64,000 bases of DNA from Eledone cirrhosa (lineage: Eukaryota): positions 224,936,001-225,000,000 of the forward strand of contig OZ024741.1 in the NCBI GenBank assembly GCA_964016885.1, in the 5' to 3' direction. The notes beneath the pieces are model-generated. The model saw nothing but the letters and a program-made list of their open reading frames with translations. It did no database searches and was not told the DNA's origin. The position numbers and the translations under genes are program-made. Positions 12,741 through 28,379 of this stretch are shown piece by piece. The stretch's first letter is position 1, and each line of letters starts with the position of its first letter.

Positions 12741-13435
12741 ATATATGTAGACATAATTTATCCTCACCGCTGGTTTTTATACGATGGAAAACAGTCGAAC
12801 AAGCTCCCAGAGAGGGAAAAAGTGGACAGTATCTCTTGTAGGAATCGAAGTCACACCTGCCGTATGACAGGTAGCTGCGCTATTATTCAATACAAGTAAG
12901 AGTTCGATTTCCACAAGCTATACCGTACATTTTCCCCGTCTCTAAGGGCTTGTAGGCCCAAGTTGTTTGGTTATTTTACTTAATCTAAAAACCTGCTTTG
13001 AAGTAGCTTGATTTAAGCTATCATACTTTCAAAATTCAAAATTTGTTCAACGCTTCGTGAATACGATTAATTCTTAGTTTTACAAGGGCTACATAAGGAG
13101 TTCAAGTCCCCTTCTAGGTCCAGGGCGAGATCTGTAGTAGACGTAATCGACTACACTTTTCAGAGGACGATGCTCCAGCAAGGCTACACTGCAATGACCG
13201 GAACCAAAGTGAAAGGAATAAAAGAATAAAATAAAATAAAATGAAATAAAATATAAAATAAAATAGGTAGCCCAACCAGAATATATGACTGTACAACTAT
13301 GGGTGAAGGAGTGCCAAGGTAAGTTTAAGGCTATCTGCGATTAGTTAACCTACCATTTTGGAAAACGACAAAGGTACATTGGCCTTGTGCATAAATTAGA
13401 AATCGTTATTATTATCATTATTAGTAGTTGGGCGG

Positions 13436-14400
13436 TGGATTGCCAGAATCAGTAGAGCGTCAGACAACATGTTTCGCAGCATAGAACTACGACAGTCTGA
13501 GTTCAAATTCCGATTTAATCGACTTTCCCTATCCCCAAATTGCTGGCCTTGTGCCTAAATAAGAAACCATTATTACTAGTAGTAGTTGGGTGGTGGATTG
13601 GCAGAATCAGTAGAGCGTCGGACAACATGTCTCGCAGCATAGAACTACGACCCTTCACAGTCTGAGTTCAAATTCCGATTTAATCGACTTTTCCCCTATT
13701 CCCAAATTGCTGGCCTTGTGCCTAAATCAGTAACCATTATGAGTAGTAGTGAGAGCGAGGGATTGGTAGAACCCCAAGAGCGCCGAACAGAATATTTTGC
13801 GGCATTTGTTCTAGCTCTTTACCTTCTGATTTCAAATCCATGGTGTTGCTGTTCCCGATGTCTCGAGCACGGTCGAACGCACCCATCCATATCTAAGAAT
13901 TGGGTTTATTACAGGTACGACCTGGCTTCTCTGTCACGCTAGTGTTGAAAGTAGAAACAATTATTACTGATGTATATACAAGCTGTGGATTGGCAGTATC
14001 AGTAGAAGGTCGGACGCCATGCTTTGCAGCATAGAGTTACGTCCCTTTACGATCTGAGTTCAAATCTCGCTGGGGTTAACTTTGCCTTTCCTTCTTCCGG
14101 GATCGATAAAATAAAGTACCAGTAATGCATTGAGATCGATTTAATCGACTTCCTCCTTCCCCCAAAATTGTTGGCATTGTGCCTAAATAAGAAACCTTTA
14201 TTATTAATAGTAGTAAGGGCAGTATCGGTAGAGCGTCGGACACCCTGCTTCGTGGCATGGAGTTACAGCCCTTAACATTATGAGTTCAAATCCCACCGAG
14301 GTAAATTTTGCCTTTCATCCTTACGGGGTCGATAAAATAAAGTACCAGTAATGCACTGGGTAATTGCTGGCCTTGTGCCTAAAGTAGAAACAATTATTAT
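13436..14400 (+). mobile_element. Cluster of five co-oriented, variably deleted SINE copies
   Basis: Heads at about 13437, 13594, 13760, 13986 and 14218. Each has a gagttcaaat B-box and most have a ggccttgtgcctaaa tail. Confidence 0.8.
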
Positions 14401-14494
14401 TATTATTACTAGTAGTAGTGTTAAATAGAAATATGAATAGTCACAGCATTTACGCCACTGTTGCACCGCCTTCCACCAAAGTATATTTATAAGC

Positions 14495-14716
14495 AAGAAT
14501 ACATGTCAAACTGAGGGTCCCCCGAGGGCCACATGGGTCACATATGTGTTGTCTGAGGGCCACACACGACAACTAAGTGCGCACATTACAACTAACTTTT
14601 TAAAATTTATATTACGAAGATAGAACATGCTCGCACTGTAAACATCTTTGTGCGGGCCTCAGGCTGGCTTGTAAAGGGCCGCATGCGGTCCACGGGCCAC
14701 ATGTTAGACATGCTTG
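14495..14716. mobile_element. hAT/Charlie-like MITE
   Basis: catgtcaaac...gggccgcatgcggtccacgggccacatgttagacatg ends. The right flank CTCTAGAG matches the Charlie NTCTAGAN target. Confidence 0.6.
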
Positions 14717-15194
14717 CTCTAGAGTATATATACTCCTGTTTAGTTCAGGTCATATTTGACATCGTCCCACGAATGTTAAGCAGATCCGGTGTTGTGAATC
14801 TTTAAAGTATTTTAGAAAAGCAGAAAAAAAGAAGAAAGGTCACCGCCTAGTGTAGGCAAGAATTTCGATAATTTCGTATTTCCTCTTCGCACAGCTATGT
14901 CAAAGATATGTTTGCTGTGCTGTAATACTGTGGGATAAATATTGTGTTTGCTAAAGTCTTACGGGGGTCCGCAAACAGAAAAAAAAAAAAAACGGAGAAT
15001 GAGATGAGGGTGGTGGTGGTGGTGAGGTGAGGGGGGTGGGGATGATAAAGTGGTGTGGGTGGTGTGGGTGGTGTGTTATGGGTGAAGGAGGTGGTTATAA
15101 AGTTGTGGAGCAGTGGTGTGGTGTGGTGTGGGGTGAATTTGACTTGAGGTAGGGGTGCAAGACCAAAGAGAACAAAAAAATGGAACAGAAGGGA

Positions 15195-15218
15195 TAGTAG
15201 TAGTATTAGTAGTAGTAA

Positions 15219-15262
<44 letters not shown>

Positions 15263-15560
15263 ATACTAGTAGTAGTAGTAACAATAGTAGTAGTAGTAGT
15301 AGTAACAGTAGTAGTAGTAGTAATAGTAATAGTAGTAGTAGTAATAGTAATAGTAGTAGTAGCAGTAGTAGTAGTAGTAATAGTAATAGTAGTAGTAGTA
15401 ATAGTAATAGTAGTAGTAACAATAGTAGTAGTAGTAGTAGTAACAGTAGTAGTAGTAGTAATAGTAATAGTAGTAGTAGTAATAGTAATAGTAGTAGTAG
15501 CAGTAGTAGTAGTAGTAATAGTAATAGTAGTAGTAGTAGTAGTAATAGTAATAGTAGTAA

Positions 15561-15595
<35 letters not shown>

Positions 15596-16199
15596 AAAGT
15601 AGTAGTAGTAGTAGTAGTAGTAACAGTAGTAGTAGTAGTAATAGTAATAGTAGTAGTAGTAATAGTAATAGTAGTAGTAACAGTAGTAGTAGTAGTAATA
15701 GTAATAGTAGTAGTAGTAATAGTAATAGTAATAGTAGTAGTAGTAATAGTAATAGTAGTAGTAGTAGTAACAGTAGTAGTAGTAGTAGTAATAGTAATAG
15801 TAGTAGTAGTAATAGTAATAGTAGTAGTAGTAGTAACAGTAGTAGTAGTAGTAGTAATAGTAATAGTAGTAATAGTAGTAGTAGTAGTAGTAGTAGTAGA
15901 AGTAGTAGTAGTAGTAGTAGTAGTAATAGTAGTAGTAGTAATAGTAGTAGTAGTAATAGTAGTAGTAGTAGTAATAGTAGTAGTAGTAATAGTAGTAGTA
16001 GTAGTAGTAATAGTAGTAGTAGTAATAGTAGTAGTAGTAATAGTAGTAGTAGTAGTAATAGTAGTAGTAGTAGTTGTAATAGTAGTAATAGTAGTAGTAG
16101 TAGTAGTAGTAGTAGTAGAAGAAAAAGAAGAAGCAGAAGAAGAAGAAGAAGAAGAAGAAGAAGAAGAAGAAGAAGAAGAAGAAGAAGAAGAAGAAGAAG
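15195..16199. repeat. (TAG/TAA)n of ~920 bp followed by (GAA)n
   Basis: Read directly. Confidence 0.95.
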
Positions 16200-16344
16200 G
16201 ATGAGAATGGGGAGGAAGGGGGGGAGGGGGAGGGGAGGGAATCTAAAGAGAAAGAAGACAACTATAGAACGGTGTTGACAAAATCTTTTGATCCGTTTCT
16301 ACAGAGCAGAGCGGTAAAGATGAAAGAACGAAGTGATCATTTGT

Positions 16345-17200
16345 GTGTGTACGTGTGAGTGTATGTGTGTATATGTGTGTACGTGTGAGTGTATATGTGT
16401 GTCTGTGTGCGTGTATGTCTGTATATGTGCGTGTACTTGTATATGTGTGTCCGTGTATACGAGAATGAGTGTGTGCATATGTGTGTCCGTGTATACGAGT
16501 GTGAGTGTGTGTCTGTGCGTGTATGTTTGTATATGTGTGTACGTGTTTGAGTGTATATGTGTGTCTGTGTGCGTGTATGTCTGTATATGTGCGTGTACTT
16601 GTATATGTGTGTCCGTGTATACGAGAATGAGTGTGTGCATATGTGTGTCCGTGTATACGAGTGTGAGTGTGTGTCTGTGCGTGTATGTTTGTATATGTGT
16701 GTACGTGTTTGAGTGTATATGTGTGTCTGTGTGCGTGTATGTCTGTATATGTGCGTGTACTTGTATATGTGTGTCCGTGTATACGAGAATGAGTGTGTGC
16801 ATATGTGTGTCCGTGTATACGAGTGTGAGTGTGTGTCTGTGCGTGTATGTTTGTATATGTGTGTACGTGTTTGAGTGTATATGTGTGTCTGTGTGCGTGT
16901 ATGTCTGTATATGTGCGTGTACTTGTATATGTGTGTCCGTGTATACGAGAATGAGTGTGTGCATATGTGTGTCCGTGTATACGAGTGTGAGTGTGTGTCT
17001 GTGCGTGTATGTTTGTATATGTGTGTACGTGTTTGAGTGTATATGTGTGTCTGTGTGCGTGTATGTCTGTATATGTGCGTGTACTTGTATATGTGTGTCC
17101 GTGTATACGAGAATGAGTGTGTGCATATGTGTGTCCGTGTATACGAGTGTGAGTGTGTGTGTCTGTGCGTGTATGTTTGTATATGTGCGTGTACTTGATA
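16345..17200. repeat. 162-bp minisatellite, ~5 copies, built from degenerate GT repeats
   Basis: The gagaatgagt marker occurs at 16461, 16623, 16785, 16947 and 17109. Confidence 0.9.
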
Positions 17201-19494
17201 TGTGTGTCCGTGTGTACGAGTGTGAGTGTGTGTACGTGTGTATATGTGTTCGTGTATTCGAGTGTGAATGTGTCTGTATGCGTGTATGTGTGCGCATATG
17301 TGTGCCCGTGTGTGTGTGTGTATGTGTGTGTATGAGTATGCGTAGATATGAGTATGTGTGCTTGTGCATCCATCTACACGTGTGTATATTTGTGCATGTG
17401 TGGGTGTATATGCATGTGTGTCCCTGTACACGTATTTTTTGTGTGTATGTGTGTGCATGTGCTTGTGTATGTATATATTTGTCTCTATTTGTGTTTGTAT
17501 GTGCGTGTATGTGTTTGTGTATGCGTTTGTGTGTGTATACTTGTGTATGTGTGTCCGTGTAGGCGTGCGTGTGTGTTTCTGTATATGTGTAAGGGTAAGT
17601 CAGCGTGTGTACATATGTGTCTGTATACATGTGTGTTTATGTGTGTTTGTGTATGTGTATGTGAGTGTGTGCGTGTGCATGCATGTGTCTGTGCACATGT
17701 ATACATGTGTGTGTATTTGTGTATGTGTGTATGTATTTGTGAATGTGCATGCATGTGTGTCTGCGTACATGCATACATGTACGTGTGTGTTTGTGTATTG
17801 GGTATGTATGTGTGTGTGTGAGAGTGTGTGTCTATGTACGTGCATGTGTGTCTGTGTACATGTATGTGTGTGTTTGAGTGTTTGTGAGTGTGTTACATAA
17901 AAGAAAACCAATATTTGGTTATCAAGAACTTGTCAATATTACGAATAGTTGTCATAAAAAGAGGATATACCTTGTTTTGGAATCGTCTCATGTTTGATTT
18001 GGAGGCGAAAATAGGGAATAAAAAGGGAAAAAAATCACAGAAAAAAACATCACTAAAACACCAACAAAACAAAACAAAGAACTTCCTTAAAAAATAAAAT
18101 AACAAATTACCAAGTCATCTAAATTTGACAAATGGATCCAAAAAGCACAAGCAATCTTGCTGCTTTAGTTCACTTCAAATAGGCCTACATGAATCTATGC
18201 GAAGGGGTTTCGGCTGGTGAATCATAAGGCCGTGATTTCGATTCTTGGTCGAGCGGTGTGTTGGGTTCTTGAGTAAAATACTTTATTTCACACGGCTCTT
18301 TCTGCTCGGAAGGAGTTGCGAAGGGCTGATAGTATCAGCAATAGTAAAACCAATGGAAAAATTGTTTGTGCAACCCGATTTCAAGATCGGTTCTTTTTCT
18401 TTCCCTTTCTCAGTGTCATCTTGTGTAACACAATTACAGTAGACCTGTCAACACTCCCCGACCGAAATGGAATGACTTGCTCAAGAACACAATGCGCTTC
18501 CTGTTCTGGGAATCTAATCACAATCTTACGATCGTGAGACCATCATATTAAATTGTAGCCTACGAACCTTCACTAGGATAGTATAAGGTAAATCTAGTTT
18601 GGCGTTGTAACATTTACTGCCAACACACTGCCTCTAAACTGCCAATGAATGGTTTCGTACAAGGATGGGAGGTGTGTAGCGAATGATTTCCTACAAGGAT
18701 GGTACATTGGATTACGTAGTACCAAGAGACACACAAATGAAAAAAAAAACATTTCAAATGTAAACCAACTGTCTTTTTGTATTTATAGGACAACATAAGA
18801 TCTGCCAACTCTCCCCGTCCGACAGGGAGATCTCCTACCCATTTTGGGGTGGGTGAGAGATGTCTTCTCTTGTGAAAACGGGTATAGCTTTCATTATGTA
18901 AAATATGTGTGTTCAAAATCTCCTAACATAAAAACCATGCAAGCGAGCGAGCCAATGATGGTTATGGTGATCACTCTTAATGATCCTGTTATTAATCGTG
19001 GTTCTGTTATACGTATTTGTGTGTATATGTGTGTATATGTGCGTGTGATAACCCCGATAAGGGTGAAAGCAGAATTCATTACTTAAACTTTTAATCTGTA
19101 CTAATCATAAATATTTACTCTACGAGTTTATATATAATTATTCGTTAGATTTTCAAATTGGATTTTCACCCTGAAACTGGATCTACACCCGGAGTTTACC
19201 TGAACTTCCACCAGGAAATATTTTCGTATCACTGATATTTTCTTTGCTTCTTGCATTATTTAAATATACCACGACTCTCTATCACTTTTCCTCTACTAAA
19301 AGCTTCTTACACCCGTCTATTTTTCTCTCCTACCCTAGTACCTTCAACGTGCCCAATCTCAAACCTTTTTCTCCGCCAGCTCCATTCCATTCTCAAACGC
19401 TTTTTCCAACCTCTCCCCCAAATTTGCATCCCTAAAAACATTTTTTCCAATTCTACTCCGCCCGTCCCTTCAATCTATCTAATTTCCCTTTCTT

Positions 19495-19530
19495 TCTTCT
19501 GATGAAGGATTAGCGTCCGAAACGTTAAGA
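19495..19530 (+). ncRNA. Minimal type I hammerhead ribozyme (Penelope pLTR type)
   Basis: tctt-CTGATGA-a-gga ttagcg tcc-GAAA-cg-TT-aaga, giving a 4-bp stem I, 3-bp stem II and ACGT palindromic stem III. Confidence 0.6.
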
Positions 19531-19698
19531 CCCCCTTCCTGCTATTTCAAGCGTTAACCTAATATATTCCTTTCATATACTGTACCGATTGTGTTGTTAC
19601 TTCTGTTTACCTTTAACACACTTACAACCCTTATTGTTTATCGTTTTGTTTTGTTTCCGTTCGTTGTCTTGTCCTTTTTTTAAAATTTATTTTTTAAA

Positions 19699-19750
<52 letters not shown>

Positions 19751-19751
19751 C

Positions 19752-20022
19752 ATAATAATAAAAGGACGATTTGTTGTCTTTATTATGTTTATTGATTGGT
19801 TACGCGCATTTCGCTATTGATCAGCTCAAGGTTCGATCTGTATCGATCTGGCCCGACTCTGGAATCAAAAGGTGTGGTAATACAGCAGAGGTCCTGTGAG
19901 CTTTTGATTCCAGTGTCGGGTCAGATCGATACAGATCGAACCTTGAGCTGATCAATAGCGAAACGCGTGTCACCAATCAATAAACATAATAAAGACATAA
20001 CAAATCGTCCTTTTATTATTAT
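19752..20022. mobile_element. Fold-back element with ~120-bp inverted arms and ~30-bp spacer, next to (TA)n
   Basis: Arms at 19752-19871 and 19902-20022. The right arm has gct..agc-GAAA-cgcgtg-TC (hammerhead 3' half). Confidence 0.8.
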
Positions 20023-20122
20023 ATTTATACTCTGCTTAGTTCTACACCTCTTTACAGGCGTGAATCTACACATCGAGTGCTCATCTGGGTGAACCTACTA
20101 TAACTGCACGTTACATTCCCTG

Positions 20123-20195
<73 letters not shown>

Positions 20196-21004
20196 AGAAT
20201 AAACAGGGGCTGTGTAGTTGGTGGATAAGGTGTACTTATAAAAAGAGGAAAGCAAGAACGGGACAAAATTTTCCTTCATCAGTTGTCTGCTGGGGATCTT
20301 GGACATTTCAACGCATTAAAGACAATATGTCTCACCCCAGGGCGTCAATAACTCAAGGAAGTTATTGGAAAAGAAAGGGAAAGAGAGAGAAAAAAAATAG
20401 TAATAGAAGGGAAGAGGGAAGAAAAAGGAAAAAGAAAACAGCGAAAAAGAAAACGGGAAGCAACAAATCGAAGAGGGAAACCCAAAACACATGTGTGTGA
20501 GCAACTGGAAGGGAAAGGCTGTGAGGATTCTTCAGTTGTACTAAAGATATGACCACCTCCATAGTACTGATGCCTTGATAAAATGCATCCACTAAACTCT
20601 CTAAAGTGGTTGTTGATATGAAGGACATCCAGCCTTTAAAAACCATACTAAAACTGGAACATAAGTGAGATATGTGCCTTCGCTTCGTGTTTGAGAGGAC
20701 ATTAACTTCAATTAAGTACTGACTTGGTTCGTGATGACCTGGTTACCTCATGCCAGCATGGAAAATTCGTATGTTAAATGATGATGATGATGATGATGTA
20801 TACTTATATTTGTATAAGTAAATAACTTCCCTGAAATTTGCCCTGATTTCTGCCCAGCTGATATGAAATGTACCCAAACACTTCGAAACACAAGGACTTA
20901 TGTCCCGGATTTAGATCATAAATAGAAATACTCACAGAAGCACCACAATACAACAACATTTACAAATACTCCAGAAAACTGCACGACTGTACTGTCAAAA
21001 TAAT

Positions 21005-21380
21005 AATAACGATTTCATTTATTAGCCACCAGGGCCGACATGTAGGGGACAATACAAAGACAGGGACGGTGGGGGTTTACAATAAGGTGGAGTAAAAGTG
21101 CACAATGGCAAGACTAATTTAACAATGAAAATATAAAAAAATATAAAATAAACTATGCATAAATATAACAAAATAAATTCCCCGATAGGGGGGTGTACGA
21201 CCCTGGGGTTTCTTCAGGTACCCCCACCAATCCTGAACCACCCTGCGCTTCTAGGGCACCCAGGAGAGCACCCCTCTCCTCAAGTTAGCCAGCCTATAGG
21301 CGCATGGTCAGAGTAGGCCCATTCACACGAGCCATTCTCGCCACATTCACCCACCTTTTAGCAAATGTACAATGACAGAA
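21005..21380 (-). mobile_element. Second, diverged Tx1/L1 3' end
   Basis: Reverse complement aaaaggtgggtgaatgtggcgagaatgg and atgtcggccctggtggctaataaa match 8395-8430 and 8733-8760. Confidence 0.8.
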
Positions 21381-21581
21381 TCGCCCGATGCCACAGGTCC
21401 ATACTGAATACATTCAAAACAAAATGTTGTAATCATTATAGGAAAATCCTCAAATTTCCTCGGATCACCTGCCAGTAACCACCACAACCCACTTGCACAT
21501 CAGTGCAATATATTTATCAACTTCAAAAGCACATTTGCTGCATTATTGAAGTTGTTATTGAGATATAAGGTTTGGTGTAAT

Positions 21582-22187
21582 CGTTGTTGTTGCTGTTGTT
21601 GTTGTTGTTGCTGTTGTTGCTGTTGCTGTTGATGATATTGTCATTGGTGCTGATGCTGCTGCTGTTGTTATTGTTAATGTTGTTGCTAATGATGATGTTG
21701 CTGTTGTTGATGATGTTGTTATTGGCGCTGTTGTTGTTGTTGCTATTGTTAATGTTGCTGATGATGTTGTTATTGGTGCTGGTGGTGCTGCTGCTGGTGC
21801 TGCTGTTGTTGTTGTTGTTGTTAATGCTGCTGCTGCTGCTGCTGTTGTTAATGTTGTTGCTAATGATGATGTTGCTGTTGTTGATGATGTTGTTATTGGC
21901 GCTGTTGTTGTTGTTGGTATTGTTAATGTTGCTGATGATGTTGTTATTGGTGCTGCTGGTGGTGCTGCTGCTGCTGCTGTTGTTGTTGTTGTTAATGCTG
22001 CTGTTGTTGTTGTTGTTAATGCTGTTGCTAATGATGTTGTTGTTGTTAATGCTGTTGCTAATGATGTTGTTGTTGTTAATGCTGTTGCTAATGATGTTGG
22101 CACTGTTGTTGTTATTGTTAATGTTGTTGTTAATGGTGTTGTTACTGTTGATGCTGTTGTTGTTATTGTTAATGCTGTTGCTAATGA

Positions 22188-22218
<31 letters not shown>

Positions 22219-22325
22219 AATGCTGTTGCTAATGATGTTGCTGTTGTTGTTGTTGTTATTGTTAATGCTGTTGCTAATGATGTTGTTGTTGTCATTGTTG
22301 TTGTTGGTGTTGTTGCTGCTGCTGC
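21582..22325. repeat. Degenerate (TGT/TGC/TGA)n trinucleotide tract with internal duplications
   Basis: Low-complexity triplet sequence read directly. Confidence 0.85.
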
Positions 22326-23284
22326 AAATTCTCTACAGTGTTTTATTGCTAACTTTGTGGTTTAAGAAGACAACGATAAATGTTTGCCAATTTTTTTCAT
22401 TTTCAATGAATATTTTTTATATATTTATATTTATATTAATGTGCTTCGTGTTGCTGGGTTTTTTTTATTTTGAAAACCTGCATTTTTTTGTGTCATTGTT
22501 TCTTATTCGTTGTAAAATTGCTGTAAAAGTATTTTTACAATCTTCAAAAAGATCAAACAAACCACAATGGAAATAACTCGATCAAGAAACAAAATCTAGA
22601 TCTTCAGAATTCAGCAACACCATAGTCACCAACAAACATATCACTGTAGATACACCCAACATAATTACTATAGACTCATCCAAAAACATATGCCTTAAGA
22701 AAACAGTAAAATTTCAACATCAATAATACACCAGAAATTGCCAGAGTCATAAAAAGTAGAGAGTTAATCTCAAATACAATACACTATCAGCCCACACAAC
22801 CAAAATAAACACCAAAACAATTAGGAAATAAACAATAAAAATACATGCTAACAAACCATAGAAAAAGAGAAAACTGGCAAACATTTTGTATCTAACTGAA
22901 ATCACAAAACAAACTGTAAATCAGTATATGGTATAATGGCGTAATTAGCAACATCGACAACGACAATAACAGTCACACCACACCGCATGGCACAATAACA
23001 AGATGAAATAATGTTGTCACGCTGCAACACAAAACAAACGTCTTTAGAGATTTCTCGAAAATCAACTACAGATATTCACATAAGAAGACAGGAAGATAAA
23101 ACGTAAAAATAAATACTTTCCATCTTAGAACACAATTTTAACACAATCCTGCTCTCTGAGAATCCAAAAATAATATAGCCTCAGCTATTAACACAAATAA
23201 ACACAAATTATACAGGGTCTGAAGGAATCATACACACATATACATATGCATATACATATACAGACACACACAACGGCCTTGTTT

Positions 23285-23537
23285 CAGGTTGGTTCCAGGG
23301 GACAAGCCCCCCATCCCACTTTTCAGGAACAGGGGACAAACAATCTTTTGTTTTTTGTTTATTTGATATAATAAATTCTTTTAAAGCTTATCATTTGAAT
23401 ATATAAAATTCAATTAGCGTAAAATTTTACTTATGTGATAGGGTCCAGGAAAGGCACCATAAGCAATTTATGCTCCTTTAAGCATCAACAAATGTTGGTT
23501 TGTCCCCCTCACATTTTTAAGGCAAACAAGGCCCCTG
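23285..23537. mobile_element. Interspersed repeat (probable MITE); inverted homologue at ~37411-37700
   Basis: ttacttatgtgatagggtccaggaaaggcaccataagcaatttatgctcctttaag matches the reverse complement of 37467-37522. Confidence 0.7.
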
Positions 23538-23961
23538 GACACACGAGTGCGTACACAGACACACTGTCGCCATTTCTTCCCCTGATTCTCCTTTTCTTTC
23601 TCTCTACCTGTATTGAGACTTTCAATTTTTTGCAGAGATGTACCACGTCCCATGATTCAACGGATGGAGTCGAACAGCCATGTTGAACGTGTAGTCCGTC
23701 TGACGAATCGTACTATCAGGTAGTGAGGTGGTGGTGGTGATGGTGGTGGTGGTGGATCTTAACGCCAAATAAAACATGATCAACAGGACAAATCAATGAT
23801 AACCCTACTAAATTCTGTGCTATATCATCATAAAGTCCCTATATAGCTTAGCTCTTCAACGGATATAATTGTTAAATTTCTGAATATAACACGCACACAC
23901 ACTCACAGATACAAATACATACATACATTCGTGTGTACGTATTTGTATTATACAATATGTA

Positions 23962-25828
<1,867 letters not shown>

Positions 25829-25965
25829 TTTATCCTTATCGAGCCCTCTTTGGATTTTAGTCTTCAAATTTAATATTATTACTATATATATATATATATA
25901 TATATATAAGTATTGAGTACTTTGGTGCGTTATGGTCCACCTGGTTCCTTACCACATTTCCTTCG

Positions 25966-26010
<45 letters not shown>

Positions 26011-26323
26011 CACACACACACACACATATATATACATATATATATATACACATATACACACATATATATATATGTATACATACACACATATATATACCTA
26101 TATACCTATATATATGTATATATATACACACACACACATACACACACACACATATATATATATATATGTATATATATTATATATATATATGTGTGTGTAT
26201 ATATGTATGTATATATATATATTCATTATGTATATATATATACATATATATATATATGTATATATGTATATATATATACATATATATATATATGTATATA
26301 TGTATATATATATACATATATAT

Positions 26324-27504
26324 ATAGATAATTTAATATATCAACTAACATAAGCGCACAGATGCACGCCCATGCCAGCAAATACACAGGTTATGTCATA
26401 GTACCTAGGTGGTTCAATGCAGGAGAATGCAGAACAATAATATAAAGGACGTAAAATAAGAAAATATTTTTTTTTTTTTTTTAAAAATTTAAAAAAAATT
26501 TTTTTCTTACTTAAATTTTCACTCCAACTAATTAGTTTCTGCAATGGGATGAGCAAACTTGTCAAAACCACTTCTAAAAAAATTTTTTTTTTTTTGGGGT
26601 GTTAGTAGGCGTCAGTCATCTTACCATCCCATTCCTTCTAACTAGCCTCTGTGTCACGTGATTGATTCTTTAGAATCGGCCATTTGACTTGAAGCAGTGA
26701 GAATTTCGGTACATAGAATCCAGTCCTCGCAAGCTGTTCGATCTACCGAATTATTATTATTTTTATATGAGCCGCCAGTGTCCGCGCATTGCCTGGAGAC
26801 TTAACTGAGAATAGACTCCCTGATGACGCAATGAATTCTCGACAGTTGGATTACGTAACTGTCTTTATCCCATTGCAGAAACTAATTAGTTGGAGTGAAA
26901 ATTTAAGTAAGAAAAAAAAAAAAAATTTTTTTTTAATTTAAAAAAAAAAAAAAAAAAATATTTTCTTATTTTACGTCCTTTATATTATTGTTCTGCATTC
27001 TCCTGCATTGAACCACCTAGGTACTATGACATAACCTGTGTATTTGCTGGCATGGGCGTGCATCTGTGCGCTTATGTTAGTTGATATATTAAATTATCTA
27101 TATTTATCTCCAAATCACTGATTTGTCGAGCAAACTTGTCAAAACCACTTCTAAAAAAATTTTTTTTTTTTTTTGGGGTGTTAGTAGGCGTCAGTCATCT
27201 TACCATCCCATTCCTTCTAACTAGCCTCTGTGTCACGTGATTGATTCTTTAGAATCGGCCATTTGACTTGAAGCAGTGAGAATTTCGGTACATAGAATCC
27301 AGTCCTCGCAAGCTGTTCGATCTACCGAATTATTATTATTTTTATATGAGCCGCCAGTGTCCGCGCATTGCCTGGAGACTTAACTGAGAATAGACTCCCT
27401 GATGACGCAATGAATTCTCGACAGTTGGATTACGTAACTGTCTTTATCCCATTGCAGAAACTAATTAGTTGGAGTGAAAATTTAAGTAAGAAAAAAATTT
27501 TTTT

Positions 27505-27542
<38 letters not shown>

Positions 27543-27563
27543 TTTCTTATTTTACGTCCTTTA
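26324..27563. mobile_element. Inverted arm plus 1.75 tandem copies of a 577-bp unit, in (TA)n
   Basis: gagcaaacttgtcaaaacc at 26551 and 27128. 26324-26550 is the reverse complement of ~26866-27102. Degenerate core CTGATGA-cgcaat..attac-GTAA-ctg-TC in each unit. Confidence 0.8.
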
Positions 27564-27592
27564 TACATATATATATATGTATATATAATATT

Positions 27593-27855
27593 AATTCAAA
27601 ATATTAACAAAATAGATATTCTTGTGATCAAGTATATTTTATTATACATATTTCACAGGTACTGAGTTAACTTCAACAGTTAACACAGTACCTCTGAAAT
27701 ATGTATAATAAAATATACTTGATCACAAGTATATCTATTTTGTTAATATTTTGAATTGATATTAATAACTCCGGTAAACCATAACTGTTGAGGGCTTCCA
27801 ATCTATTGTAAAACTCATTCTTTGATTTATTCATTGAATCTTGTTTAACCTTTAA
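27593..27855. mobile_element. Family H1 fold-back copy (palindrome 27593-27757)
   Basis: Inversion centred near 27675, inside the stem II region. The right arm carries GAAA-tatgta-TA-ataaaata and the 3' tail shared with 2995-3065. Confidence 0.75.
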
Positions 27856-28125
27856 ATATATATGTATATATATATGTGTGTGTATATATATATATATACA
27901 TATATATATATACATATATGTGTATATATCTATATCTATATATATATATATATATATAACGAAGGAGTTGTGGTAAGGGACCAGATGGACCATAACGCAC
28001 CAGAGTACTCAATACTTAGGGTAGTAGAGTGGGTAATAGAAAAAAGTATGACCCCGACGGCAGAGCTAGTCCAGAAATAGCCGTCGAAACGGCTTGAGCT
28101 CTGCCGTCGGGGTCATACTTTTTCC

Positions 28126-28195
<70 letters not shown>

Positions 28196-28379
28196 TTTGT
28201 GTGCTATGTATATTGTAGCTAAGACTCCACCATTCCGTTCTATTTCCTTCATATAGACATTGTTGCTATAGCTCTAAGTAATTTTTAATTATTGATTAAA
28301 CACTTTCAGTGAAAACATACCTCGTTTCTAGATAAATTCAAGATATATGACGTGAAGAGCATATATGTGCCTGTTAGAC

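Noticed and set aside
20255-20300. CTGATGA/CTGAAGA on the minus strand here and at 42045-42075; CTGAGGA at 42189; CTGATGA at 3788 and 30578
   Set aside because: No correctly placed GAAA, NUH and stem I could be completed. At most these are decayed pLTR remnants.
20820-21500. Possible second REL-LINE remnant (LQKTARL) around the Tx1 insertion
   Set aside because: Too short and degenerate to support.
21555-22576. Mucin-like Thr/Ala-rich ORF and opposite poly-Leu ORF
   Set aside because: Triplet low-complexity tract open on both strands, with no splice or domain evidence.
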